From Pedobacter sp. (GTDB lineage: Bacteria; Desulfobacterota; Desulfuromonadia; Desulfuromonadales; Syntrophotaleaceae), in contig JBFWJC010000002.1 in NCBI GenBank assembly GCA_050253415.1, forward strand, positions 64,001-128,000: a stretch of 64,000 nt of DNA. The letters run 5' to 3'. Under the pieces are notes generated by a model that was not told where the DNA came from, searched no databases, and worked only from the letters and a program-made list of their open reading frames with translations. Shown here in pieces: positions 1 through 10,140 of this stretch. How positions within the stretch are numbered: position 1 is the first letter of the stretch; the number at the start of each line of letters is the position of its first letter. The position numbers and the translations under genes were made by a program.

Positions 1-2535
1 CTTGTAACCGAAGGGCCACTTTTTCTGAGCGTTTTGCAGCCAGCTATCCATTTTTTCGGCGATGGCGATGGGGTTGCCGGTCTGGTCGATGCCCGCTTCG
101 ACGGTCACGGTGCGGCGGCGGTCGCGGCGCAGAATTTTAGCCGGTTGCCAGGCGATTTCGATATCGGCTACCTGTTTAAGGGGGACGGACTGGCCGGTGC
201 GCTGGACATAGATGTTGTGGGTTTCCAGCTTGCCGAAATCCTGCCGGTCGGCGGCGGTGGAGCGCAGGGTGACCGGAATGACTTCATCCTGTTCGCGGTA
301 TTCGGTGGTGGTGATACCGCTGAGGATCGTTTGCAGCGACACCGCCACGTCACGACTGGTAAGGCCGGCCCGAAGGGCACGGGGCTGGTTGACGCGCACC
401 ACCAGTTTCTTGGTGCGAGCTCCCCAGTCGTCGGTGATGTTGAGGATGCCGGGCATGCCGGCCAGGTGCTCCTTAACCTCGTCACCGATGGTGAAAAGTT
501 TGTCGCTGTCTTTACCCGACAGGCGGATTTCCACCGGGTTGTCGATCGGCGGGCCAAGGTTGAGGGGCCGGATACGCGGGGTCAGGTCAGGAAAATGGCT
601 CTGGCAGAAGGCCTCCAGGCGCGGCAGCGAGACCTCGAGATTGTGGCGCCGGGAAGTGCCGTTGATCAGCACATAGGCGTATTCCGGGCTGGGCGGCTCC
701 GGTTTGTAGGGGAGCATGTAGCGTGGGGCACCTTCGCCGATGAAGGCGACCCAGTCGGTGATCCCTTCGCCACCCTCCTTGCGCACCAGATCTGTGTGCA
801 TGAAATCCTCGATCTGCTGCACCACGGCCTCGGTACGTTTCAGAGGGGTGCCCATGGGCAGGCGCAGCTCCGCGTAAAAGATAGCTTTCTCGTTGGCCGG
901 AAAAAACGATTTGGGGACCATCTGCAATCCGGCCATGGCGGCGATAAATACCACGACGATACCGGCCATACTTACCCATGGATGCTGCAGCAGACCCAAT
1001 AGTACCCGGCGGTACCCACGGTAAAAACGGGATTGAAAATTAACCGCTCCAGCCTTGCTGTCAGGGTGCAAAAAATGGGTGCACAGCAGCGGCGTCATGG
1101 TTAACGACAGCATCCAGGAACAGAGCAGCGTAATGGTGACCACCTTGAACAGTGGCGCGGTGTATTCGCCGGTGGACGATTTGGCCAGAAAAATCGGCAA
1201 AAAGGCGACGGCGGTAGTCAGCGACGAGGTCAGCAGAGGGATTTTCAGTTCCTGCGCTGAATCGATGGCGGCCTGCCGGGCCGGTTTGCCGTCGGCCATC
1301 TGCACCATGATCGATTCGCTCATAACGATGGCGTTGTCGACCAGCATGCCAAGTGCGATGATCATGGAGGCCAGTGACATCTGGTCGATGCCGATATTCA
1401 AAAATCCCATGACCATCAGCGACATGATCATCGCCATGGGGATCAGGCTGGCCACCACCAGGCCGGTACGCAGGCCTAGAAATAGCAGCATCATCACCAG
1501 CACGATGAGCATCGACTGCAGCAGGTTGTTGACGAACTCGTTGACCTTGCGTTCGACGTGCTTCGGTTGGAACGCAACCAGGTCGAAGTTGACGCCGATG
1601 GGGTAGGCTTGCTCAAAGCGGACCAGGGCTTGCTGGACTTCTTCGCCGAGCTTGAGGATATCGCCCCCTTCACGCAGATGGATGGCCAGGGTTAAAGCCG
1701 GCTGTCCGGCGTAATGAACTTTAGCCTTGGGCGGATCGATGTAACCGCGATGGATGGCGACGAGATCCTCCAGGAAAACCACATTCTGGCCGCCGGGAAC
1801 ATTGATGACGGTGCGCTTGAGGTCCTCGACCGAATCGAAGTTGCCGGTCGGCTCCAGCACGATCTGCTCTTTATCGGTGAAAATTTCGCCGCCGGGGATA
1901 ATGATATTACGCGCTTCGAGGATGCTTTTAAGCTGCAGGGGGGACAGGCCCAGTTCGGCCAGTCGGGCATTGTTGTACTCGACAAAGATCCGCTCTTGCT
2001 GCACACCCTGGATATCGACCTTGGCGATGTCGTCGCTGAGCAGCAGTTCGTTGCGGCAGTCGTCGGCGATTTTCTTGAGCTCGGCATAGCTGAAGTCCTT
2101 GCCGGTGATAGCGATGAGGGTGCCGAAAATATCGCCGAATTCGTCGTTGACGAAGGGGCCAACCACCTCCTCGGGAAGCTCGCCGGTAGCGCGTTGCACC
2201 TTGCGGCGTAAATTATCCCAGATGGGGCGCATGTTTTTATAACGTTCGAGGATGTTGACGAAGATGACCGACACGCCCGGCTTCGATTCGCTATCGATGT
2301 AATCGATTTCAGGGATTTCCTGGATGATCTTTTCCAGTTTGTCGGTGACCAGTTGCTCGACCCGCTCGGGGCTGGCACCAGGAAAATAGGTCAACACCTG
2401 GGCGGTGCGCACCACGAACCCCGGGTCTTCGTCGCGGGGCAGGGATTTGAAGAAGAACAGCCCCGCCAGCGCTACAACAGCCAGGGCTACATAGGTGATG
2501 CGGGTTTTGTCGAGGGCAGCGCGGGTAATATTCAT
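1..2535 (-). CDS. RND efflux permease (AcrB/AcrD/AcrF family), runs off left edge
   Basis: Manual translation from ATG 2535: MNITRAALDKTRITYVALAVVALAGLFFFKSLPRDEDPGF..FPGASPERVEQLVTDKLE; later LGMLVDNAIV motif; follows the MFP gene. Confidence 0.93.
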   Translation of the reverse strand, partial: MNITRAALDKTRITYVALAVVALAGLFFFKSLPRDEDPGFVVRTAQVLTYFPGASPERVEQLVTDKLEKIIQEIPEIDYIDSESKPGVSVIFVNILERYKNMRPIWDNLRRKVQRATGELPEEVVGPFVNDEFGDIFGTLIAITGKDFSYAELKKIADDCRNELLLSDDIAKVDIQGVQQERIFVEYNNARLAELGLSPLQLKSILEARNIIIPGGEIFTDKEQIVLEPTGNFDSVEDLKRTVINVPGGQNVVFLEDLVAIHRGYIDPPKAKVHYAGQPALTLAIHLREGGDILKLGEEVQQALVRFEQAYPIGVNFDLVAFQPKHVERKVNEFVNNLLQSMLIVLVMMLLFLGLRTGLVVASLIPMAMIMSLMVMGFLNIGIDQMSLASMIIALGMLVDNAIVMSESIMVQMADGKPARQAAIDSAQELKIPLLTSSLTTAVAFLPIFLAKSSTGEYTAPLFKVVTITLLCSWMLSLTMTPLLCTHFLHPDSKAGAVNFQSRFYRGYRRVLLGLLQHPWVSMAGIVVVFIAAMAGLQMVPKSFFPANEKAIFYAELRLPMGTPLKRTEAVVQQIEDFMHTDLVRKEGGEGITDWVAFIGEGAPRYMLPYKPEPPSPEYAYVLINGTSRRHNLEVSLPRLEAFCQSHFPDLTPRIRPLNLGPPIDNPVEIRLSGKDSDKLFTIGDEVKEHLAGMPGILNITDDWGARTKKLVVRVNQPRALRAGLTSRDVAVSLQTILSGITTTEYREQDEVIPVTLRSTAADRQDFGKLETHNIYVQRTGQSVPLKQVADIEIAWQPAKILRRDRRRTVTVEAGIDQTGNPIAIAEKMDSWLQNAQKKWPFGYK

Positions 2536-3635
2536 GGCGCCTGCTCCTTTTCCGCCAGCAGTTTGACCTGCTGCCCATCGTGGATAAGTGCGACGCCGGC
2601 AGTGACAATGCGATCACCGTTGTGCAATCCGGTGAAGATTTCCAGACCCTCTGCGGTAAGTTCGCCGATGCCCACAGGTTGGCGGCGGACTTTACCCTGC
2701 TCGGTATCTTCCGGTTCAACAATATACACAAACCGTCCATCGCGATCTTCGCCCACCGCTTCGGGGGGCACGACAAAACGGCTGCCACCGCTATCCCGTT
2801 GTGGAAAAGTAAAAGTGACCTCTGCTGCCATGCCGGGGCGGATAGCGCTATCGGCGCGATCGAGCCGCACCGTGACGGGGTAGGTTGTGGCATAGGTGGT
2901 GGCCGCTACCCCGACTTCGGTAACGCTGGCAGCAAAGGTACGCTGTGGCGAGGCATCAAAGCGAACCACAACCCTGCTGCCCCGCTCGATCCCGGTGATA
3001 AGGCTTTCGGGGACGGCGACGATGACTTCCGGCATGGCCCCGGCGGTCAGCTCCGCTACTACCTTGCCGGAGGCGACATTTTCCCCCTCCTCGACCGGTA
3101 CGCTGGCGATGGCCCCGTCGGTCGGCGCAGTCAGGCGCGTATAGCGCAGTTGCGAGCGGGCCAGTTCCAGTCTGGTTTCGCTGGCATGCACGGCGGCAGC
3201 CGCTGACTCGCTGGCGGCGCGGGCGGCGTCGAGATCGTTGCGTGAAGCATTACGATTTTCGTACAGCGCCCGTACGCGGGCATAATTGGCTTCGGCGTTG
3301 CGTGCCTGGGCGCGGGCTTTGGCCAGGGCGGCCTCGGCTTCCTGTTTTTGCAGTTCATAGTCTGTAGCATCGAGACGGGCGATCAGTTGGCCGGACTTCA
3401 CCCGGTCGCCGACCTTGACGGCGATTTGCTGTACGGCACCCGGCACGCGAAACGACAGCCGTGATTCCTGGCCGGCTTTGGCAATGCCGGAAAAAGCCCG
3501 GGCCGTATCGCCGCTGACCGCTTGTACCGTCTGGGAGCGCACCGGCCGCAGTAGAGGTTCCTGCGTCGGAGCGTTGTCACGGCAGGCCGGCAGGCAAAGA
3601 ATTATCGTCAGGACAGCAAGGTATCGGAGGCGCAT
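2532..3635 (-). CDS. RND efflux periplasmic adaptor (MFP), lipoprotein
   Basis: LPAC lipobox, VKVGDRVKSGQLIARLD lipoyl-like motif, coiled coil, IRPGM; start trimmed to MRLRYL. Confidence 0.92.
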   Translation of the reverse strand: MRLRYLAVLTIILCLPACRDNAPTQEPLLRPVRSQTVQAVSGDTARAFSGIAKAGQESRLSFRVPGAVQQIAVKVGDRVKSGQLIARLDATDYELQKQEAEAALAKARAQARNAEANYARVRALYENRNASRNDLDAARAASESAAAAVHASETRLELARSQLRYTRLTAPTDGAIASVPVEEGENVASGKVVAELTAGAMPEVIVAVPESLITGIERGSRVVVRFDASPQRTFAASVTEVGVAATTYATTYPVTVRLDRADSAIRPGMAAEVTFTFPQRDSGGSRFVVPPEAVGEDRDGRFVYIVEPEDTEQGKVRRQPVGIGELTAEGLEIFTGLHNGDRIVTAGVALIHDGQQVKLLAEKEQAP

Positions 3636-3639
3636 GGGG

Positions 3640-6099
3640 CTACTCCCTGGCGGAAAGCCGGTCAGATTCAGAGGGGGTGATCGGGGCGGATTGCAGGTAA
3701 AGCTCAAGTCGCTGAAACCATTGCTCGCGGTCGTCGGCACTGAGGAAAAAGTCGAATTGGCCGACCGAGCGCTGCACGGCCATAAGATCGAGCAGAAAGT
3801 CGAACACGGCATTGGCTGCGGTCTGCTCCGCGGTCAGCGCGGCATTCTGGGCATCGAGTAAATCGAGGATGGAAACCACGCCGCGCGAGTAGGCATCCGT
3901 TACCAGCTCAAGGTTTTTACCGGCGGCTTGCGCTCCCTCGCGGGACAGGCGAATGCCGGTGTGAGAGGCGCGGCTTTTCTGCAGGGTGGAACGGATGCGC
4001 TGTTCCAGTCTTGCGGCAAGAGCTTTGCGTTCCAGTTGGAGCTGTTCAAGCTGCCGCTCGGCCTGCAGCATGTCGGCCCAGCGGGAGCCGCCGGAAAACA
4101 ACGGCAGGGAGAGCCGCAGGCCCACATTCCAGCTGGTATCGTCAGCCTCGGTAATGTCGACAGGGATGAGGCCCTTGAGACGGCTGAAGGGGGAGTCGAC
4201 GCCCTCGCCTTCTTCGCCCAAGAGTTGAGTGATACCTGCTTGCAGCGACAGTTCAGGAACCCAGAAAGCCCGCCGCGCGGCGGTTCTGGCTCGCTGTTGG
4301 GCGGCAATGGCGGCGTCCAGTCGTTGTAATTCGGGGGCGATCTTGAGCCCCTCTCGGACCATGAAGTTGCGGAACCGGGCAAACGCCGCAGGGGTGGAAA
4401 GCTGCGCGAACATGCGCGGGTCGCTGGCAAGCAGCGCTGGGTCGTCCTGCCCTTGACCCAAAGTGGTAAAAGTTTCTTCAAGTGGCCGATGCAACACGCG
4501 ATTGAGAGCGATTTCAGCTTGAGTACGGGATACATCGGCATCGATAAGGGAGCGCCGGTCCCGGGCCAGCTGATTTTCCCAGCGATACACTTCGGCAGGG
4601 CTGGAAAAGCCGACTTCGCGACGGGTGCGGGCCAAATCGAGGTTGGAGCGAGTCAGACGCAGGTTGTTTTTCTGCACGGTCTGCAGGGTTTTGGCGCGCA
4701 AGACGTTAAGGTAGCTGGTAGCAGCTTCCTGGATGACATCGAGGCGCAGTTGCCGCAATTCTTCCTGGCGGCCTGTTTGCTGAAGCTTCTGGATATCGTA
4801 ATTGGCCCAGGCAGGTTCCGAGTAAAGCGATTGGCGCAGTTCCAGCGAGGTGCTCAGGCTGCGTTCGGCCTGGGTACCGAAGCTCGCTGCGGCGCGATCC
4901 TCATCGATCATGGCGCCGGTCGCCGAGAGGCCAAGTTGGGGCAGCAGGTTGGCGCGGGCCTTGCGAATATCTTCCAGGCCTGCGGCCACTTTGCGGTCGG
5001 CAGCAGCCAGATCGAGATTGACAGCGATGGCTTCCTTGACGACCGACTCCAGAGACCAGTGACGCATAGCGTTAACCGGTTCGGCGAACAGTTGCTCCGC
5101 CTCGATCAGGGTGTTCCAGGTAGGAGAGAAGCCGATGGCGCGGGCCGTGGCCATATTGAGGGTCAATCGTTCGTCACGCGCGATGGTGGCCGGCAGGTTG
5201 GCGGCATCCTCACCCAACAGGATACGTTGCAGGTTGAGCGCGGTACGGCGTGCCAGACGGGCGAAGTCGGTAGCCGGCGCGGCGCCCGCCAGAATGCCTT
5301 TTTCGACTTCTTCGTAACCCAGGTAGGAGAAAGTCGGCAGTTTGCGGTCGATAAGCCCTTTGACCAGGAGATCGAACTCCGTCGCCGGCAGCAGCAGAGG
5401 GGTCAGGTAAACAGCCTCGGTATCGTGTGGCAGGGCGGCCAGAGCCGGAGCGGCCTGTCCGTCCAGTGGAATGACCGTCAGGTCGATGCCATCTGCGGCA
5501 AGTTGCTTTTTAAGGTTGCGGGCGATCTCCGGGATCGCTTCATGGTAGGCGCGAAGGCTCAGGATAACCAGCTTTCGGTAGGGGATCAGTTCGTGAAACA
5601 GGCGCAGGTCGCGCAACAGAGGATTTACCGAAGCGATGTAGGTGAAATTATGCATGCCGCTACTGCCGTTGCTGGCAGGTAGCTGCTGGGCAGACCGGTC
5701 TGTAGCATAAGGGGCGATACAGGGCTTGGGCATAGGGCCGCGGCGGGCAAGATCCTGTCCCGACAGAATACCGAGGGCGAGGACGATGTCGACCTGGGGA
5801 TCGTTAAGTAATTGACCGACGCGGAGGTGAACGCTGTCCTTGCTCCAGTCGGCCGTCAGGATCGCGCGCTCAGGGAAACGTATGTCGAACTCATCCTTCA
5901 GAAGTTCGTTGATTTCCGATTGAAACAGGCGCATCACGGAGTCATTGCCTTCCCACGGGCCATCCAGAACCACCCCTATTCGCACCGGTTGGGCGAATGC
6001 CATGAGAGGGAAGGCCAACGGGATCAACACGCCGAACAGCAAAACAGCAACTCGGCGGTGGAAGGAGGAGCTGTTCGGGGGGGAGCCGTGGTTCGCCAT
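3640..6099 (-). CDS. TolC-family outer-membrane factor with N-terminal ABC substrate-binding-like domain
   Basis: C-terminal OEP repeats (LLPQL..., YSRGVVSILDLLDAQ); about 340 aa extra periplasmic N-terminal domain. Confidence 0.85.
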   Translation of the reverse strand: MANHGSPPNSSSFHRRVAVLLFGVLIPLAFPLMAFAQPVRIGVVLDGPWEGNDSVMRLFQSEINELLKDEFDIRFPERAILTADWSKDSVHLRVGQLLNDPQVDIVLALGILSGQDLARRGPMPKPCIAPYATDRSAQQLPASNGSSGMHNFTYIASVNPLLRDLRLFHELIPYRKLVILSLRAYHEAIPEIARNLKKQLAADGIDLTVIPLDGQAAPALAALPHDTEAVYLTPLLLPATEFDLLVKGLIDRKLPTFSYLGYEEVEKGILAGAAPATDFARLARRTALNLQRILLGEDAANLPATIARDERLTLNMATARAIGFSPTWNTLIEAEQLFAEPVNAMRHWSLESVVKEAIAVNLDLAAADRKVAAGLEDIRKARANLLPQLGLSATGAMIDEDRAAASFGTQAERSLSTSLELRQSLYSEPAWANYDIQKLQQTGRQEELRQLRLDVIQEAATSYLNVLRAKTLQTVQKNNLRLTRSNLDLARTRREVGFSSPAEVYRWENQLARDRRSLIDADVSRTQAEIALNRVLHRPLEETFTTLGQGQDDPALLASDPRMFAQLSTPAAFARFRNFMVREGLKIAPELQRLDAAIAAQQRARTAARRAFWVPELSLQAGITQLLGEEGEGVDSPFSRLKGLIPVDITEADDTSWNVGLRLSLPLFSGGSRWADMLQAERQLEQLQLERKALAARLEQRIRSTLQKSRASHTGIRLSREGAQAAGKNLELVTDAYSRGVVSILDLLDAQNAALTAEQTAANAVFDFLLDLMAVQRSVGQFDFFLSADDREQWFQRLELYLQSAPITPSESDRLSARE

Positions 6100-6197
6100 G
6101 GGCAATGATCCTTGGGATTATTTGGTGATGAAGCGTACCAGCTCAGGGGGATTTGCTCCGGTCGCCGGCGTTGGTTATTGCATACGTCCGAATGTTC

Positions 6198-6617
6198 TTA
6201 ATGTAATGCCTTTTCCATTAAACTCACCAGTTGGTCCAGTTCACTGGCGCTCAAAGCGCGCGCCATGCCGTCGACGTATTCACGGCAAGCCTCTTCGTAG
6301 GCATCGGCGACCTGTTTGCCTTCCCGGGTGAGGTGGATGAAATAGACACGGCGGTCGCTATCGGATTGGCACTTGGTGACATATCCTTGTTCGATCAGCT
6401 TGTTGACGATACCCGTGACGGCCGGTTTGCTGAGGTTCAGGGTTTTTGCCAGGCCGGTGAAGGTCAAATCCGTACAGTGATTGATGGCGTTGATATATTG
6501 AAATTGGGTGATGTTTATTTCTCGCGCCCCGATTTTACGCAGTTTCTGCGCCTTGGCGTTGACCAGAGATCGGGAAACGATCTCGAATATTTGCATGATG
6601 CGTTGCTTGTGATCCAT
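6198..6617 (-). CDS. MarR family transcriptional regulator
   Basis: Winged HTH (LAKTLNLSKPAVTGIVNKL) and DRRVYFIHLTREG motif; upstream of efflux operon. Confidence 0.92.
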   Translation of the reverse strand: MDHKQRIMQIFEIVSRSLVNAKAQKLRKIGAREINITQFQYINAINHCTDLTFTGLAKTLNLSKPAVTGIVNKLIEQGYVTKCQSDSDRRVYFIHLTREGKQVADAYEEACREYVDGMARALSASELDQLVSLMEKALH

Positions 6618-6892
6618 GAAATAAAGTTGACCTCTGTTAATTGGTTAGTTCGGTTAACAAAATATATGAGGTTTTAAGGTTTTGTCAATTCCGTATACGG
6701 AATCATGGGTTGAGGCTAAAGAAATATTCATAAGGAATCAAGGGAGGGAAATTCTGCGGATGCGAGGCTTGGAGTAATCGCATTTCGTACGAAAGGAAAA
6801 CAAAGGGAAAACGCCGCTGGGTCATGGCATGGCACAAACCGGCAGTTCTTGATCCATGGTAATCAGGGTTGGGCAGTCTGGCGGAATTGAAA

Positions 6893-6923
6893 CGGCCGCC
6901 GGGACATTTACCCGGCGGCCGTG
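6893..6923. terminator. GC-rich hairpin downstream of cysteine synthase
   Basis: cggccgccggg-N-cccggcggccg inverted repeat. Confidence 0.5.
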
Positions 6924-6945
6924 GCAGGTTTGAATGAGCCCGGTA

Positions 6946-7872
6946 TCAGGGTGGGCAACAGGCGCAGGTGGAGCGGAACAGGGTGGTGCTCAGGTAGCGG
7001 TCGCCGCGATCCGGCAACAGGGTGACGATGATGCCGCTCTCCATGCCGCGGGCCACTTCCAGCGCGCCGGCGACGGCCGCGCCGCTCGACATGCCGGCGA
7101 ACACACCCTCGCGAATGGCTAAAACGCGAGCTGTCTCGAAAGCCGTATCGTCATCGATAACGAGTTTGGCGTCCAGATTCTCCGGCTTGTAGATATCCGG
7201 TACGATGGCTTCCTTCATGTTTTTCAGGCCCTGCACTTTGTGGCCGATGACGGGCTCGATGCCAACGATACGGATGGCCGGGTTTTGTTCCTTGAGATAG
7301 GCGCCGGTGCCCATAAGGGTGCCGGAAGTTCCCATGCCGGCCACGAATACATCGATCTTGCCTTCGGTCTGGGCATAGATCTCCGGGCCGGTCGAGTAGT
7401 AGTGCGACAGAGGATTGTTCGGGTTGGCGTACTGGTTCGGCATGTAATAGAAATCGGGCTTTTCCGCCAGGATACGGTGTGCCATGCGGATGGCCCCATC
7501 GGTGGCCTCGGCCGGTGGCGACAGGATGACTTCGGCGCCGTAAGCTTCCAGAACGGCGCGGCGTTCCATGCTGACACAGCCGGGCATGACCAGCTTGACC
7601 CGGTAGCCCCTGGCTGCCCCGATCATGGCCAGGGCAATGCCGGTATTTCCGGACGTCGGTTCCAGGATCGTTTTACCCTTGGTCAGGGCGCCGGATTCTT
7701 CGGCTTTGCGGATCATGTGCCAGGCTGGGCGGTCTTTGACCGAACCGCCAGGATTGTTACCTTCGAGCTTGGCGAAAATGCGAACCCCCGGATGGGTGTT
7801 GAGCTGAGTCAATTCTACCAGAGGGGTGTTGCCGATAGCGTTGGTCAAGCCGAAAGCGGGGTTGGTTTTCAT
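6946..7872 (-). CDS. cysM: Cysteine synthase (PLP-dependent, CysM-like)
   Basis: KLEGNNPGGSVKDR, EPTSGNTG, GMGTSGT, PDRGDRYLS motifs. Confidence 0.9.
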   Translation of the reverse strand: MKTNPAFGLTNAIGNTPLVELTQLNTHPGVRIFAKLEGNNPGGSVKDRPAWHMIRKAEESGALTKGKTILEPTSGNTGIALAMIGAARGYRVKLVMPGCVSMERRAVLEAYGAEVILSPPAEATDGAIRMAHRILAEKPDFYYMPNQYANPNNPLSHYYSTGPEIYAQTEGKIDVFVAGMGTSGTLMGTGAYLKEQNPAIRIVGIEPVIGHKVQGLKNMKEAIVPDIYKPENLDAKLVIDDDTAFETARVLAIREGVFAGMSSGAAVAGALEVARGMESGIIVTLLPDRGDRYLSTTLFRSTCACCPP

Positions 7873-7960
7873 GAGGTTTTTGCCCTTGCTAAGATGTTGG
7901 CGTAATAAAAAGGGTAGGCTGGCTCGCCATGTAATGAGGAAGTTGCCAAATTGAGATTTT

Positions 7961-8070
7961 TATCACCACGAAGTACACGAAAGTAGAGCCAAAAAGGTTT
8001 AAGTATTCAACAAAATCGAGCGTTAAGTATAAAGTCTTTCTTCGTGCTCTTCGTGTCCTTCGTGGTGATA
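7961..8070. repeat. Inverted repeat built from 9-bp-period CACGAAG units
   Basis: tatcaccacgaagtacacgaa ... ttcgtgctcttcgtgtccttcgtggtgata; same family at 25165-25440. Confidence 0.75.
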
Positions 8071-8184
8071 AGCCAGCCCTTGTTACTCTTAAGTGAATGA
8101 CACAGATAAACTGGCCGGCCCGGAGTTTTTTATACTACAAAAACACCCATACCGAAGACAACAGCCTTTTTATGCCCATAGTGT

Positions 8185-10026
8185 TTACAGGATTCCGTGT
8201 AAGGGGCCGCCCGGTGCGGCCAGTGCTTCGATACGCCGCACGGTGGCGGGATCGTCCTCCAGGGGGGTGGGATGATGCGGTTTAAGTCGTGCATCGAGTA
8301 CCAGGGGCCCGGCACACCCCCAATGTTTGAGATGCGTGCTGGCGTCGATACCGTAGAGGTCGGTGGCGGGATCGGATCGGGTAAAGGCGATCCACAGAAA
8401 GTTATCCAGGTGCGCGGCAGCAAAGTCGCTATCGTCGACCAGCGTCACCCACGGGAATTCACGGATGGGGTGGCCTGGGGCGAATGACGTACAAAAATCC
8501 TCAACGGCAGGATCGCACTGACCGCGTATGCCCGTGGCGGGTGGTGCCTGGATGGCCAGCAATCCGGGCAACACCAGGCGGGGGGCGGTGAATCCCCCCG
8601 GCAATGTCAGGTCTGCGGGTAATTCCGTGGGCAAGGTACGTATCGGCGGGCCGGCGGCGGCGATGACGACCTTGGATCCCTGATGCATGGCGGGGCCGCT
8701 GTAATCGAGAGTGTCGATGCTGGTGCGGGTCTGGAAATGCAGGTCCCGTCGCCAATCGACGCGTTCCAAAAGGTGTCCCAGGAACGCACCGACATCGTGA
8801 ATGTCCAGGTGTGGCGCGTCTTCGCCAGCGACCATCAGCAGATACTTGGCCAAAGACAGTTGACCAGTGCCGAGCAGCGCATTGGCCTGGGTCAGCATTT
8901 CCCTCGGTTGGCGATGCGGCTCGTAGGGAAGGTAGCGTTCGCTGCCGATGGCCAGCAGCAGAGGGTGTACGCCGGCTGCATCGACCGCATGCACGGCCCG
9001 AACGCCCTTGACCAGACTTGGCACCAGAGGGCCGGTCAATTCGTGAATAAAGGCACCGAATACGCTGTCTTCCTGAGGGGGGCGGCCGACGCTGGTAAAC
9101 GGCCAGATGGCATCGGGGCGATGGTACACAGCATCTACTGCCAAAACGGGAAAGTCGTGCTCCAGGCTGTAGTAGCCGAGGTGGTCGCCGAACGGTCCTT
9201 CCGGTAGCAATTTGTCGGGAATGATGGTGCCGCAGATGCAAAAATCGGCCTGGGCAGCGATGGCCGGGCCATGCTCCGGGCGCGAAAATTCCATGCGGCG
9301 TCCACCGAGAAGGCCGGCGAAACACAGCTCCGGCATGTCTTCCGGCAACGGCATGATGGCAGCCAGCGTAAGGCTAGGCGGGCCGCCGACAAAGATGTTG
9401 ACGCGCAGCGGTTGCTGTTGTTTCAATGCTTCGGCGTGATGTATGCCAATGCCGCGATGAAGTTGGTAGTGCAGGCCGATTTCCCGGTTGATTGCATAGC
9501 GATTGCCGGCAAGCTGAACGCGGTACATGCCGAGGTTGGCATGGCGCAGTCCAGGTTGTTGCGGACTTTCCGAGTAGACCAGAGGCAAGGTAATGAAGGG
9601 GCCTCCGTCCTGCGGCCAGGAGACCATCTGTGGAAGTTGGTCGATCGTGGTGCGGCAGCGCGTCACCGCCGGATGACGAACGGATTGCGGCCACATATGC
9701 CAGGCGCTGCGCAGGGCTCGGGGCCAGACGGTTGGATGCTTGAGCAGTGCCAGGGGATCGGTGCCTGCTTGCAGCAGGCGCTGGACCGTATCGAGTGTGT
9801 CGCGGAACAGGAAGCGGGTGCGCTCCATGGTGCCGAACAGGTTGGCCAGCATGGGAAACCGGCAGCCTTTGACGTTGGTAAACAGCAGAGCCGGACCGCC
9901 TGCCTGGCAGGCACGTCTCTGTATAACCGCCGCTTCCAGTCGGGCATCGATTTCGTGATCGACGCGAATCAGCTGGCCGGTTCGTTCAAGGTCGCGGACA
10001 CATTCGGTGAGATTTCGATAACCCAT
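8185..10026 (-). CDS. UbiD family (prFMN) decarboxylase, possibly menaquinone-pathway type
   Basis: NLGMYRVQ, PEGPFGDHLGYYS, GRPPQED, DTLDYS motifs; start set at MGYRNL. Confidence 0.9.
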   Translation of the reverse strand: MGYRNLTECVRDLERTGQLIRVDHEIDARLEAAVIQRRACQAGGPALLFTNVKGCRFPMLANLFGTMERTRFLFRDTLDTVQRLLQAGTDPLALLKHPTVWPRALRSAWHMWPQSVRHPAVTRCRTTIDQLPQMVSWPQDGGPFITLPLVYSESPQQPGLRHANLGMYRVQLAGNRYAINREIGLHYQLHRGIGIHHAEALKQQQPLRVNIFVGGPPSLTLAAIMPLPEDMPELCFAGLLGGRRMEFSRPEHGPAIAAQADFCICGTIIPDKLLPEGPFGDHLGYYSLEHDFPVLAVDAVYHRPDAIWPFTSVGRPPQEDSVFGAFIHELTGPLVPSLVKGVRAVHAVDAAGVHPLLLAIGSERYLPYEPHRQPREMLTQANALLGTGQLSLAKYLLMVAGEDAPHLDIHDVGAFLGHLLERVDWRRDLHFQTRTSIDTLDYSGPAMHQGSKVVIAAAGPPIRTLPTELPADLTLPGGFTAPRLVLPGLLAIQAPPATGIRGQCDPAVEDFCTSFAPGHPIREFPWVTLVDDSDFAAAHLDNFLWIAFTRSDPATDLYGIDASTHLKHWGCAGPLVLDARLKPHHPTPLEDDPATVRRIEALAAPGGPLHGIL

Positions 10027-10069
10027 GGGGTATCCTGTTGCAGGTTTTTTGCGGGCGATAATCAACAAG

Positions 10070-10121
10070 TTAAAAGGGGAAAAGGGGAAAAGGGGGCATG
10101 TGCCCCCTTTTCCCCTTTTAA
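10070..10121. terminator. Long palindromic hairpin between SHOCT gene and ubiD
   Basis: aaggggaaaagggggcatgtgcccccttttcccctt. Confidence 0.55.
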
Positions 10122-10140
10122 GGTCGTTCACTACAGAAAA

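Noticed and set aside
34..2883. Long + strand ORFs over the RND gene, and similar shadow ORFs throughout the window
   Set aside because: Antisense or alternate-frame ORFs typical of high-GC coding DNA, with no recognisable motifs.
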